64,000 nt of DNA from an uncultured Gammaproteobacteria bacterium (GTDB lineage Bacteria > Patescibacteriota > Patescibacteriia > Patescibacteriales > UBA12465). Shown piece after piece: positions 9,268 through 19,762 of this stretch. The DNA is taken from positions 4,924 to 68,923 of the forward strand of contig CAZIJG010000003.1 of assembly GCA_964539545.1 (NCBI GenBank). Reading direction: 5' to 3'. The notes under the pieces are model-generated. The model was not told the origin of the DNA and did not search any database. It worked only from the letters and a program-made list of their open reading frames with translations. The translations under genes and the position numbers were made by a program. The stretch's first letter is position 1; each line of letters begins with the position of its first letter.

Positions 9268-10908
9268 TTAAATTCCTTGGGCTTGTCCCTGGTCTTCGGT
9301 GTCAACCTTATTCCATGGCAAGCGTCTTCTTAAACTTTGTTTTAAAACTTTAATTTCTTCTACTTTAAAAAGAGAGCACAATAATACATACACTACTATA
9401 CCGGCTACTCCAGCTCCCAATCCTTGCCAGAATATACCCATAAAAGTACTCATATCAACAAAAGGCCAAATTACTACTTTAGCCACCTGCACAGTTACTC
9501 CGGCTACTATAGCGGCCACTGAAAATTTAGCAATAGATATTAAAATTCCTTTTTCGTTTAAATCTCCTAACTGATGATGCAAAAATATCCATAATAACAA
9601 GAAGTTCAAAATAGCAGAAATAGAAAAAGCTAGAGCTAGTCCGGCCACGCCCATTTGATTGGCGAAGTAAAAAGATAGCATAACATTAACTGCCATAGAA
9701 ACCAAGCCTAACCAAAACGGAGTAGCTGAGTTATGTCGAGCATAGAACACCCTCACTAACAATGGGATACTCGCCTGAGCAAATAAACTTAAAGCGAACA
9801 TGCCTAAAGTATCCATGGTCAGAATAGTATCTTGCCAATTGAATGCACCGGTCCCTAAAATTATACGAATAATCTGCGCTCTTAGAGTAATTAATAATAC
9901 TGTAGCAGGAATAACAAAGAACAATATGGTTCTAAAGGTTTTAGAAAAACTTTCTTTTAATTTTTCTTTATCTTTATCTCTAGACAAACGAGAGAACGTT
10001 GGAAAAGCAGCTATGGCAAAAGAAATACCAAAAATGCCAATTGGAAATGATTGCAAATTATTAGCCAAGTTAAATACTGTCAGAGAGCCGACCACTAAAG
10101 AAGAAGCAACAATAGTTATAACCAGTAAATTGATCTGATTAACTGCTAAAGCCATAGTTCTAGGCACCATCATCTTCAAAATCTTCTTTACTCCTGGGTG
10201 TTTTAAATTAATTAATAAACAATATCTGAAACCAGAATTAATTGTGGCTGGTAATTGAATCATCATATGCAAAAACGCTCCTAGAACTACGCCCCAAGCT
10301 AATCCCATTAGACCTATTTTTGGCACCAAGTATAAAACTCCAAATATAATTCCCAAATTATACATGATTGGTGCTAAAGAATAAGCAAAAAACTTTTTAA
10401 AAGACTGCAAAACTCCACCCAAAATACTAGATACCCCTAAAAATATCGGAGACAAAAACATGATGCGAGTTAATTGGACAGTAGTATCTTGTAATGACGC
10501 AGAAAATCCTGGAACAATAAGAGATGTTAATGGTCGAGCAAAAATAATACCCAAAACTGAGACTGCAATCAGAGCAATTAAAATCAAATTTAGAACATTA
10601 TTGGCTACAATCCAACCTTCTTTATTATGCAAAAAATTCTTTTTACCATTTAAAGAGAAATCTTTGATAAATCCAGTAAACACTGGAATGAATCCGGCTG
10701 ATAATGCGCCTAGAACTAATAAATTAAAAATTAAATCAGGAATTCTAAAAGCAGCATAGTAGGCATCCAATACTTCGCCAGCTCCAAACTGACCGGCTAA
10801 AATTCTATCTCTAAAAATACCCAGCAATCTGGATAATAAAGAAAAGCTCGCTACTAAAGCAGCGGCGGCCGTTATGGTATGGGTCGGTTTAGAAAATATT
10901 TTGAACAT
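9268..10908 (-). CDS. murJ: Lipid II flippase MurJ (MviN family)
   Basis: 546 aa, polytopic. LSRLLGIFRDRILAGQFGAGEVLDAYYAAFRIPD is the MurJ N-terminal signature. Confidence 0.85.
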   Translation of the reverse strand: MFKIFSKPTHTITAAAALVASFSLLSRLLGIFRDRILAGQFGAGEVLDAYYAAFRIPDLIFNLLVLGALSAGFIPVFTGFIKDFSLNGKKNFLHNKEGWIVANNVLNLILIALIAVSVLGIIFARPLTSLIVPGFSASLQDTTVQLTRIMFLSPIFLGVSSILGGVLQSFKKFFAYSLAPIMYNLGIIFGVLYLVPKIGLMGLAWGVVLGAFLHMMIQLPATINSGFRYCLLINLKHPGVKKILKMMVPRTMALAVNQINLLVITIVASSLVVGSLTVFNLANNLQSFPIGIFGISFAIAAFPTFSRLSRDKDKEKLKESFSKTFRTILFFVIPATVLLITLRAQIIRIILGTGAFNWQDTILTMDTLGMFALSLFAQASIPLLVRVFYARHNSATPFWLGLVSMAVNVMLSFYFANQMGVAGLALAFSISAILNFLLLWIFLHHQLGDLNEKGILISIAKFSVAAIVAGVTVQVAKVVIWPFVDMSTFMGIFWQGLGAGVAGIVVYVLLCSLFKVEEIKVLKQSLRRRLPWNKVDTEDQGQAQGI

Positions 10909-10912
10909 TTAA

Positions 10913-13021
10913 CTAAATTATTATTCTAATGTCTACAGCTATAACTTTTTTTTCTCCTACTAATAGAGGATTGATATCCAATTCTTGAATATCTACGTTT
11001 TCTCTGGCCAACTTAGCAATACTGACTAAAGTCTTAGCTAACCCTTTTATATCGTAAGTCTTACCAGTCCTTAAACCAGTAAGTACTTTATAACTTTTTA
11101 AACTCTTAATCATCTGTATGGCTCTGTCAAAATCTATATCGTCCAATCCCCAGGCCACATCTTCAATAGCTTCAATATAGATACCTCCCCAACCAACCAT
11201 CACTAATGGGCCGAAATTACTATCGCGTCTAAACCCAACAATCATTTCTAGATGCTTTTCAACATAGGGCTGATAAACTAAATAATTATCTCTACCTTTG
11301 GCCAATCTCTTCATAGCCGGTAGATGTTTCTTCAATTGTTTAGCATCAATGAGAATCATTACACCTTTTTTATCTGTCTTATGTAACAATTGAGGTCCAA
11401 CCGCTTTTAACACTAAAGGAAAATTCTTTTTCTTCAACTGTTTAACATCAACAAACTTTTTAGTTTCTATTGTAGGTACTTGGTACTTCTTTAATAACTT
11501 AATAGATTCCAAATAATCGAGAGATTGTCCTAAAACTAATTTTGCTTGATAATTATTCTTTATCACTTCATAATTTTCATCTACTTTTTCAATCACCATC
11601 ATCTTAGAATCTCTACCATTGCCTAAATTATAAGGTCTCAGATCATGCAAACTATCAAAATATTGACTAAATTTAGCCAGAGCAAAGATGGCTTGATGTG
11701 GAAAGTACATAATTGGTAGATAACTCTTTATAAACTTCCTTCTAGCCTTTTTCAATGATGCCTCTCCAATAAATACTGGTACAATAAATTTATCCTTATG
11801 CTTTTTATTCAATTTAATAATAACTTCAGCGGTTTTATTTATTTCTGTAGCTGTCTGCGGAGTCAAGATAGCTAAAATTACATCAATATCTTTCTTAGAC
11901 AACAGAGCATCTAAAGCCTTCTGATAACGCTCACTACTAGCATCTCCCAAAATATCTAATGGGTTTCTAGAATGCACAGTAGCTGGCAATCCTTTGACTT
12001 TTAAACCTTTAGGCCAAGCACCAACTTCTAAGTTATTATCACTAGCAATGTCAACACTAATAACTGAAGGTCCTCCCGCATTAGAAACTATATACAACTT
12101 AGCTCCTTTAAAGATTTTTTCTGCTGACTTATTAACTAATCCAGTCCAAAGTTCTAATAGATCAAAAAGTTCATTTAAATCTTTAGCAACAATAGCTCCC
12201 GAACGTTCCAGGGCTGCCTCAGTAGCTTGCCTAGAGCCCGAAAGACTCCCCGTGTGAGATAAAGCGGCTTGACTGCCTGCCTGGCTGCGCCCGGCTTTTA
12301 CAATAATTACTGGTTTAATTTTAGATAAACGTGTCACATTTGCTAAAAACTCTTGTCCTTCACTAATTTCCTCTAAATAGGCCACTACTAAATCAATATT
12401 TTTGTCTTTCCTCAGACTATAGAAAAAATCATTTTCTTTTAAAACAGCTTGATTCCCCAAACTAATAAACTTAGTTAACTTTAAATTCTTATCACTAAAC
12501 CAATCTAGCAATGAGCTACCGATTGCTCCTGACTGAGATAAACAAGCAATTCTAGAATCCCGACCTCCAACCAAATCAAAACGACTAAAGGTTAAATTAA
12601 TTTTTTTTCTACTATTAATTAAGCCCAGACAATTAGGGCCTAATATATTTAAATCATTCTGCTTGGCTAATTCAATAATCTTCTCTTCCATTCTTTTGCC
12701 TTCTTTATCTGACTCCTTAAACCCAGCACTAATGATAATAATATTTTTTATTTTACGTTCAGCACATTTTCTAACTTCCTCGATTACCTTTTTCTTAGGG
12801 ATAACAATTAATGCTAAATCTACTGAATTATCAATATCTAATAAACTAGGATAGGCCTTTAGCCCTAGTATCCTATCGCTCTTTAGGTTAACTGGGTAGA
12901 TTTTTCCAGAATATCCACCTTTTTTTAAGTTAGACAAAATCTGCCAACCTAGTTTTTTTCGGTTAGATGAAGCGCCAACTACAGCAATAGATTTTGGCTC
13001 GCAAAATGCTCTAATATCCAT
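10913..13021 (-). CDS. ADP-forming acetyl-CoA synthetase (fused alpha-beta; acetate--CoA ligase, NDP-forming)
   Basis: N-terminal CoA-binding domain (PKSIAVVGASSNRKKLGWQ...YPVN), a succinyl-CoA-ligase-like middle region, and a C-terminal ATP-grasp. 702 aa. Confidence 0.8.
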   Translation of the reverse strand: MDIRAFCEPKSIAVVGASSNRKKLGWQILSNLKKGGYSGKIYPVNLKSDRILGLKAYPSLLDIDNSVDLALIVIPKKKVIEEVRKCAERKIKNIIIISAGFKESDKEGKRMEEKIIELAKQNDLNILGPNCLGLINSRKKINLTFSRFDLVGGRDSRIACLSQSGAIGSSLLDWFSDKNLKLTKFISLGNQAVLKENDFFYSLRKDKNIDLVVAYLEEISEGQEFLANVTRLSKIKPVIIVKAGRSQAGSQAALSHTGSLSGSRQATEAALERSGAIVAKDLNELFDLLELWTGLVNKSAEKIFKGAKLYIVSNAGGPSVISVDIASDNNLEVGAWPKGLKVKGLPATVHSRNPLDILGDASSERYQKALDALLSKKDIDVILAILTPQTATEINKTAEVIIKLNKKHKDKFIVPVFIGEASLKKARRKFIKSYLPIMYFPHQAIFALAKFSQYFDSLHDLRPYNLGNGRDSKMMVIEKVDENYEVIKNNYQAKLVLGQSLDYLESIKLLKKYQVPTIETKKFVDVKQLKKKNFPLVLKAVGPQLLHKTDKKGVMILIDAKQLKKHLPAMKRLAKGRDNYLVYQPYVEKHLEMIVGFRRDSNFGPLVMVGWGGIYIEAIEDVAWGLDDIDFDRAIQMIKSLKSYKVLTGLRTGKTYDIKGLAKTLVSIAKLARENVDIQELDINPLLVGEKKVIAVDIRIII

Positions 13022-13031
13022 GATGATTATA

Positions 13032-14081
13032 TTAGCTGCCTAAATTTCTAAACATAGGTAATCCTGTCTCAGGATTAGTAGGAACATAGATAGTCCCCTC
13101 ACGATCTTTTAACTCTCGGATATATAAGTAATAAAGATAATTAGGAGTTAAGCTTTGATTAATAATAGTTTGAGCGTCTCTTTGCCCTTCGGCCTCAATA
13201 ACTTTTCGGTCTTTCTCCTTAGCCTCTTTTATTAATATGAAATCATATTTTTGAGCCTCCTGTTCAGCTTGTAACTTTTCTTGAATAGCTTGAGCTAAAT
13301 TAGTTGGTAGTTTTAAATTACGTAATAGGACTTCTTCTACAACGATGCCCCTAGCTTCGAAACTGGTTTGCAAACTATCTTTAATTTGCTGAGTAGCTTC
13401 CTCTCTTTTAACTGAATAGATATCTTTAGAGTTATACTTAGCAATTACTTCTCTAATAGTACTTCTAATATCTGGTCTAATAATTTTTTCTTCATAGTTC
13501 AAACCAACATTTTTATACACATCGGCAGCTCTATCCTCTTCTAAGTGATAAAGCACTGTCATGTCTAGTTCCACTTCTAGGCCCTCGCTAGTCAAAGCTA
13601 CAATAGAATCTACACCTTGACGATTTCCTTCGTCACTGACAATACTCATGGTATATTCCTCGGTACGAATAGTCATCGGGGTTACTTTAGCTAAAGGGTT
13701 AATAACATGAAACCCTGAAGACATCTCTGTATCCTTAACTTTACCGAATAGAGAATACACGCCGGTCTCACCTGCTTCAATAATAGTAATGGAAGCAAAG
13801 AAAAGCCAAATTATAATAACGCCTAAGATAATTCCAAAGGCTCTTTTTTTAACAGCGGCCACGGCCTTCTGTTTGTCTAAGTCAATAGTGTCCATATGTT
13901 TGTTCTTTTTAATCTCAGACCATTTAAAATCCAAGACGCCAAATTTTTTTAATAAAATAAATGCTATATAAATTATAAAAATTATAAATAGAAAAGTACC
14001 AAATCTTTCACCTACAACGGAAATTAATATCAGAAATCCAATAATAGGCCACATTAAATTTTTCTTCTGTTTTCCTTCCAT
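13032..14081 (-). CDS. SPFH/band-7 (prohibitin/HflK-C-like) membrane protein
   Basis: TM region, then an SPFH core (GETGVYSLFGKVKD...FHVINPLAKV...) and a C-terminal coiled coil (AQAIQEKLQAEQEAQK). Confidence 0.75.
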   Translation of the reverse strand: MEGKQKKNLMWPIIGFLILISVVGERFGTFLFIIFIIYIAFILLKKFGVLDFKWSEIKKNKHMDTIDLDKQKAVAAVKKRAFGIILGVIIIWLFFASITIIEAGETGVYSLFGKVKDTEMSSGFHVINPLAKVTPMTIRTEEYTMSIVSDEGNRQGVDSIVALTSEGLEVELDMTVLYHLEEDRAADVYKNVGLNYEEKIIRPDIRSTIREVIAKYNSKDIYSVKREEATQQIKDSLQTSFEARGIVVEEVLLRNLKLPTNLAQAIQEKLQAEQEAQKYDFILIKEAKEKDRKVIEAEGQRDAQTIINQSLTPNYLYYLYIRELKDREGTIYVPTNPETGLPMFRNLGS

Positions 14082-14082
14082 A

Positions 14083-14283
14083 TTACTTATTTTTCTTATT
14101 CATAACTAATAATAATATACCAATCGCCAGCCAAATTAGCAACAACAAATTAAGATTTAAATAGCCCAAAACACTATTAGGCCATAGCCATTCTAAAATG
14201 ATAAAACTAAACAAGGCTAAAGACAAAACACTAAAGCCTTCTTGCAAAATTATTCTTTTATAGTTTCCTTTATTTTTTCCCAT
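14083..14283 (-). CDS. Small two-TM membrane protein (66 aa)
   Basis: Two hydrophobic segments. The stop is 1 nt before the SPFH gene start, and the gene overlaps the upstream gene by 34 nt. Confidence 0.4.
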   Translation of the reverse strand: MGKNKGNYKRIILQEGFSVLSLALFSFIILEWLWPNSVLGYLNLNLLLLIWLAIGILLLVMNKKNK

Positions 14284-15692
14284 AGACCTTTGCCTTTTAG
14301 TTCAACTTCAATTGAGTCTATAATTAGTCCCGCCTCACTCCTATGAGATAAGCCGGGAATAGACAACATAAAATTATATTTATTATCTTTATAATAAGCT
14401 CGATAAAGATCAAAGTTAGCCTGAGCTATATTCCAATCGCCCTCTCTCCTAATAGACTGGTATCTGGCAATAATATAATTAATATTTTCCATATCCGTTT
14501 CTATACCTAATTGAGTTACTTCTGGATCGAAGGCTGTAGATTGATTAAAAGTAAACAAACCATCGTTAGATAACATAATTCCTGTTTTATCTAAGACCAC
14601 TTTATTCCAAACTGGAACCTTATCTTCTAAAACCCAATAATGCTGCCTATAGGTTTTAGTCAGTCCTAAAACTTCTCCACCAAATTTAACTTCCTGTATA
14701 CTCCCTGGATTCACTGTAGTAGCACGTAAATAGTCTCTATTGGTGTAAATTGTAACATTGCTTGCCCCTGGTGCTAAACGAATACCATTAGTAAATATCA
14801 GATAATTACTAGAACTTTTTAATTCCTTAATTACAATATCGTCATTAACTCTAATTTCTACCTTATAGAGCCCTTCCGGCAGATTACTAGCTTGCAAGTT
14901 TAGATCTCTAATGCTGGAAACCCGTCCATCGTCTGTATTATTATTGTCATCCTCTAAAAAACTATTCAAAATAATCTTATCTTGAAAATATAATATTAAA
15001 TCGACTGGATCATAATCACCATTTTGATTTAAATCCTGAATTCTTAAATCAATTTTTAAATCTCCTTTTGAATGATAAACAAAAAATTGATGATGACCTC
15101 TCAAAGCCGTTTCTAAGGTCAAAGGAATAATCTGCTCTTTTTGCTCGACTGGCAAAACATAATCTGTTAAACCTATTTCTTGAGAGGTTAAATTATATAA
15201 AGCCAATTCTGACTTATTAAAATCACTATTTAAAAACTCTGCCTGACTATTAAATTGTTTCTCTTTCTGTAAAAAATAGGTATCATTTTCTTGAGTAACG
15301 TGCCAATCAGATAATAAATCTTCAATAACAGTGTTTTCCATTGGTTGTAAATAATACTGCCATAATCTATTATCTGCTAACATCCCAACTGAAAATATTT
15401 GCTTATCATCATTCAACCACTTATATTTAATCTTTAATTCAGCTTCCTCAAAATGTCTAGGATAGTATAGAGAAAAATATACTGGATCACCGGTGATCTT
15501 TCTACCCTGATCCATTTTTTCAACTCTTTCCACAGGAGTTAATGACCCAATAAACCTATGTTCTTTAGAAAAGTTTGTTTTATATACAATTGAGCCATTT
15601 GGAACAATAGTTTTAAATAAGAAAAAACCTAAAGCCAATAGCCAAATGATAATAAATACCAATCTTACTTTAAAAATAAGTCCTTTTTTCAT
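14250..15692 (-). CDS. Hypothetical N-terminally membrane-anchored protein (~480 aa), no recognisable domain
   Basis: Long intact ORF. The ORF track starts at 15731, which abuts the rpoC terminator. ATG 15692 (MKKGLIFKVRLVFIIIWLLALGFFLF) is more plausible. Confidence 0.6.
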   Translation of the reverse strand: MKKGLIFKVRLVFIIIWLLALGFFLFKTIVPNGSIVYKTNFSKEHRFIGSLTPVERVEKMDQGRKITGDPVYFSLYYPRHFEEAELKIKYKWLNDDKQIFSVGMLADNRLWQYYLQPMENTVIEDLLSDWHVTQENDTYFLQKEKQFNSQAEFLNSDFNKSELALYNLTSQEIGLTDYVLPVEQKEQIIPLTLETALRGHHQFFVYHSKGDLKIDLRIQDLNQNGDYDPVDLILYFQDKIILNSFLEDDNNNTDDGRVSSIRDLNLQASNLPEGLYKVEIRVNDDIVIKELKSSSNYLIFTNGIRLAPGASNVTIYTNRDYLRATTVNPGSIQEVKFGGEVLGLTKTYRQHYWVLEDKVPVWNKVVLDKTGIMLSNDGLFTFNQSTAFDPEVTQLGIETDMENINYIIARYQSIRREGDWNIAQANFDLYRAYYKDNKYNFMLSIPGLSHRSEAGLIIDSIEVELKGKGLWEKIKETIKE

Positions 15693-15732
15693 AGTTATAT
15701 TATATATCACTGAGAGCAAAAGACAAAACAAA

Positions 15733-15754
15733 AGAGCCCCTAATTAGGGGCTCT
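15733..15754 (-). terminator. Intrinsic terminator after rpoC
   Basis: agagcccc-taatta-ggggctct, a perfect 8-bp GC-rich stem, followed on the minus strand by TTTTGTTTTG. The A-run on the other side would allow bidirectional use. Confidence 0.75.
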
Positions 15755-15773
15755 TTTTGTTTCAAGAATTTTT

Positions 15774-18700
15774 CTAAGTATATACATTTCTTTTTGGCTT
15801 TCCAGTATACCCAGTACCAGCTGGTATTAAACGACCGATAATAACATTTTCTTTTAAACCTTCTAAATAATCTGTCTTGCCGTTAATAGCAGCTTCAATT
15901 AATACTCTTGGAGTTTCTTGGAATGAGGCTGCAGATAAAAAACTATCTGTAGTTAGAGAAGCTTTGGTAATACCTAGTAATAGTCTTTCAGATTTAGCTG
16001 GCTTACTTACCTTATTATTAGCGGTTTCCAATACACTCTCTTCTACTATTTCTCCTGGTAACAATGTGGTATCTCCAGAACCAATAATTAAATGTCTAGA
16101 AAACATCTGTCTGGCAATAATCTCAATATGTTTATCATTTAATGGTTGACCCTGAGATGAATATACATATTGAATTTCTCTAATAATATATTTCTGAGTC
16201 TCCAGACGATTACGTAGACGATATAGCTCTTTCAGATCTAAACTACCTTCTGTTAGTTGATCGCCCCTCTTGACTTCATCACCGCTACTAACAAGTAACA
16301 TGGTACCACGAGGAATAGAGAATTCTTTAGCCTGATCTACTTCCCTTAGAACACCGACATATTTAGCAGTAATCTGAGCGATTCCGCCAACTTTTGCTTT
16401 AATTGCCTTGCCATCAATGGTAAATAATTCACTTCCTTTAGTAACTTTATTTCCCTCCTGTACTTTGATCTTTGGTTCAACTTTCTTAATGCCAGTTTTC
16501 CCAGATTCTAATTTATATTCATTAATAGCTTCTGAAAAATAATATTTATCACTAGTCGTTCCTTTATAAACTAAGCTTAAAATCTTAGCCTGAGGATTAT
16601 CTATTAAAATCTCCTTACCATCTTTATCTCTAATAATCTTCTTAGCCATTTCAATATTTATCTTACCATCAAATTCAGACAAAATACCTTTTTTCTTAGG
16701 AGGACGACTTTCAAAGATTTCTTCTACACGAGGTAGACCTTGAGTAATATCTTCTTGTCCGGCTACACCACCAGTATGGAAAGTTCTCATAGTTAACTGA
16801 GTTCCTGGCTCACCAATAGATTGAGCAGCAACGATACCAACTGTTGCTCCCAACTGAACCACCTTATTACGAGCTAGGTCATTACCATAGCATTTACTAC
16901 AAACGCCTTTAGCCAATTTACAACTCAATACTGATCTAATAGTAGCTTCTTGCAAGTTTACTCCTTTTAAAGCTGCGGCTTTATCCTCATCAATTAATTC
17001 ACCAGCTTTAAAGATAACCTTACCATCAACATCTACTAAATCCTTAGCCAAATAACGGTCAGCTACTCTCTGAGCTAAATCTGTACCAATTTTTTCACTC
17101 TCAGCTTGTGTGATTAAGATACCTTTTTTATCTTTACAATCTTCTTCGCTAATTATCATATCCTGAGACACATCTACTAGACGTCTTGTTAGATAACCGG
17201 CATTAGCAGTTCTCAAAGCCGTATCAGATAAACCTTTACGCACACCATGAGTAGAAATAAAATATTCTAACACTCCAAACCCTTGTTTAAAGTTCCCTTT
17301 AACTGGCAATTCGATAATTGAACCAGACGGTGAAGTCACTAAACCTTTCATACCCAAGATTTGAACTGGCTGAGCCCAGGAACCTCTAGCTCCGGACTCA
17401 ATCATGGAGAACACTGGTAATACATCTGTTAAACCGGCCTTACAAATTTCACCAATTTTATCTTTAGTAGCGGTCCAAGTTTCTATTACTTTAGTAAAAC
17501 GCTCAGTTTCAGTTAATAAACCGTCGTCAAATTGTTCTTGAATCATTTCTACTTTCTTATTAGCTTCTTCAATCAGTTCGTCTTTTTCTTCGAAATGAGG
17601 TAAATCACCAAATCCCCAAGATAAACCTGATTTAGTAATAAACGCAAAACTTTTATTCTTCAAGTCATCAATGAACTTGACAGTGTCTTCTTCGCTATAA
17701 AAATATAGAGATTTTTTAATCAAATCTTTCAAATCACCCTTACTAACCACCCTATTAATATATCTTAACTTCTCTGGCAAAATATTATTAAAGATTAAAC
17801 GACCAACAGTAGTTCTAAATAATTTTCTATCGGAGTTTATTCTTAGCATAATAGCTTGATGCAAAGAAATAAAGTTATTATCATAAGCTAATTTAGCTTC
17901 TTCTTCATTACTAAAATGTTTCAAGTCTTTATCTTCCTTATCTTTGTCAGAAGCATCTTCAGCAGTAATATAATAAGCTCCCCAAACGATATCTTGATTA
18001 GGAGCTACAATAGGATCGCCAGTAGCTGGCTTCAACAAATTATGGCTAGATAACATGATGTCTCTAGCTTCAGCTACAGCTTCTTTAGTTAAAGGCACAT
18101 GAACGGCCATTTGGTCACCATCGAAATCAGCGTTAAAAGCGCTACAAACTAAAGGATGGATTTGGATAGCCTTACCTTCGATTAAAATTGGTTTAAAAGC
18201 TTGAATACCTAAACGATGTAAAGTCGGAGCACGATTTAATAATACATAGGCTTCTTTAACTATCTTTTCTAGAATATCCCATACTTCATCATGCCCAGCT
18301 TCAATGTATCTAGAAGCACTTCTTACATTATGTACAATTTCTCTTTTAATTAACTCACTAATAATAAACGGTTTAAATAATTCTAGCGCCATAATCTTTG
18401 GCAGACCGCACTGATCTAAATTCAACCTAGGATTTACCACAATAACACTACGACCAGAATAATCTACTCTCTTACCTAATAAGTTTTGACGGAAACGACC
18501 TTGTTTACCTTTTAAAGAATCAGCTAGAGATTTTAATTGTCTTTTCTGTCCAGTAGAAGCAGTAACAGTTTTAGTATGACGAGCAGAGTTATCAATTAAG
18601 GCATCAACTGCCTCCTGCAACATACGTTTTTCATTTCTACAAATTACTTCTGGAGCATTTAATTCAAGCAACTGTCTCAAACGATTGTTACGATTAATTA

Positions 18701-19736
18701 CTCTACGATATAAATCATTTAAATCTGAAGCAGCAAATCTACCACCATCTAGAGCCACCATTGGTCTTAAGTCTGGTGGAATCACTGGTAAAATAGTCAT
18801 AATCATCCACTCTGGACGAATGTCATTATTATTCAAACTCTTTAGCAGTTTTAATCTCTTAGTCAGCTTATCTTTCTTAGATTCTACTGCCTTCTTTAAA
18901 GTCTCTTCTAATTCAGGAATAAGGGTAGACATGTCTACTTTCTCTAATAACTGTCTAATGGCTTCGGCTCCGATACCAGCTTCGAATAAATGTCCAAATT
19001 TCAAACTCAAACTTTGATAATCATTTTCTGAAACAATTAACATTGGTTTCAAATCCTTTAATTCTTTATGTGTTTTATCAAAGTCAATATTTAAGTTCTC
19101 TAATTTTTCATCTTTACTCTTACCTTCCTCTTCAATCTTTTTATCAATAATCTTTTTAATCTCCGCTTTCTTTTTGCCTTCTTTAATCAAAGCTTTTTCT
19201 TCCTCTTTAATTCCCTTGACTACTTCGTTAGATTCTCCTTCAATACTCTTCTTCTTAGTCTTATATTCTTTCTTAATTTGATCTAGAGTAGCTAATCTTA
19301 AATCTTCATCTACATCGGTAATAATAAAACTGGCAAAATATACTACCCTTTCTAAGGCCTGCATACTCAAACTCAATAACAAACCAATCTTAGAAGAAAT
19401 ACCTCTTAGAAACCAAATGTGAGTTACTGGGATTTGTAAAGCAATATGGCTCATGCGTTCTCTACGTACAGCGCTACGAGTAACCTCTACACCACATTTA
19501 TCACAAATGATCCCTTTATATCTAATTTTTTTATACTTACCACAGGCACATTCCCAATCCTTGGTCGGACCAAAAATTCTCTCACAAAATAAACCATCTT
19601 TCTCTGGTTTTTGTGTGCGATAATTGATTGTTTCCGGCTTCGTAACCTCCCCGTGAGACCAACTTAAAATTTGTTCAGGAGAAGCAAGCTTTAATCTAAT
19701 AGCGTCAAAATCGCTTGTTTTTATTGGATTTAACAT
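15774..19736 (-). CDS. rpoC: DNA-directed RNA polymerase subunit beta'
   Basis: 1320 aa. NADFDGDQMAVH catalytic motif and zinc-finger CxCGK...CxxCGVE near the N-terminus. Confidence 0.97.
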   Translation of the reverse strand: MLNPIKTSDFDAIRLKLASPEQILSWSHGEVTKPETINYRTQKPEKDGLFCERIFGPTKDWECACGKYKKIRYKGIICDKCGVEVTRSAVRRERMSHIALQIPVTHIWFLRGISSKIGLLLSLSMQALERVVYFASFIITDVDEDLRLATLDQIKKEYKTKKKSIEGESNEVVKGIKEEEKALIKEGKKKAEIKKIIDKKIEEEGKSKDEKLENLNIDFDKTHKELKDLKPMLIVSENDYQSLSLKFGHLFEAGIGAEAIRQLLEKVDMSTLIPELEETLKKAVESKKDKLTKRLKLLKSLNNNDIRPEWMIMTILPVIPPDLRPMVALDGGRFAASDLNDLYRRVINRNNRLRQLLELNAPEVICRNEKRMLQEAVDALIDNSARHTKTVTASTGQKRQLKSLADSLKGKQGRFRQNLLGKRVDYSGRSVIVVNPRLNLDQCGLPKIMALELFKPFIISELIKREIVHNVRSASRYIEAGHDEVWDILEKIVKEAYVLLNRAPTLHRLGIQAFKPILIEGKAIQIHPLVCSAFNADFDGDQMAVHVPLTKEAVAEARDIMLSSHNLLKPATGDPIVAPNQDIVWGAYYITAEDASDKDKEDKDLKHFSNEEEAKLAYDNNFISLHQAIMLRINSDRKLFRTTVGRLIFNNILPEKLRYINRVVSKGDLKDLIKKSLYFYSEEDTVKFIDDLKNKSFAFITKSGLSWGFGDLPHFEEKDELIEEANKKVEMIQEQFDDGLLTETERFTKVIETWTATKDKIGEICKAGLTDVLPVFSMIESGARGSWAQPVQILGMKGLVTSPSGSIIELPVKGNFKQGFGVLEYFISTHGVRKGLSDTALRTANAGYLTRRLVDVSQDMIISEEDCKDKKGILITQAESEKIGTDLAQRVADRYLAKDLVDVDGKVIFKAGELIDEDKAAALKGVNLQEATIRSVLSCKLAKGVCSKCYGNDLARNKVVQLGATVGIVAAQSIGEPGTQLTMRTFHTGGVAGQEDITQGLPRVEEIFESRPPKKKGILSEFDGKINIEMAKKIIRDKDGKEILIDNPQAKILSLVYKGTTSDKYYFSEAINEYKLESGKTGIKKVEPKIKVQEGNKVTKGSELFTIDGKAIKAKVGGIAQITAKYVGVLREVDQAKEFSIPRGTMLLVSSGDEVKRGDQLTEGSLDLKELYRLRNRLETQKYIIREIQYVYSSQGQPLNDKHIEIIARQMFSRHLIIGSGDTTLLPGEIVEESVLETANNKVSKPAKSERLLLGITKASLTTDSFLSAASFQETPRVLIEAAINGKTDYLEGLKENVIIGRLIPAGTGYTGKPKRNVYT

Positions 19737-19762
19737 ATATTTAACAAAGTTATTTAATTAAA

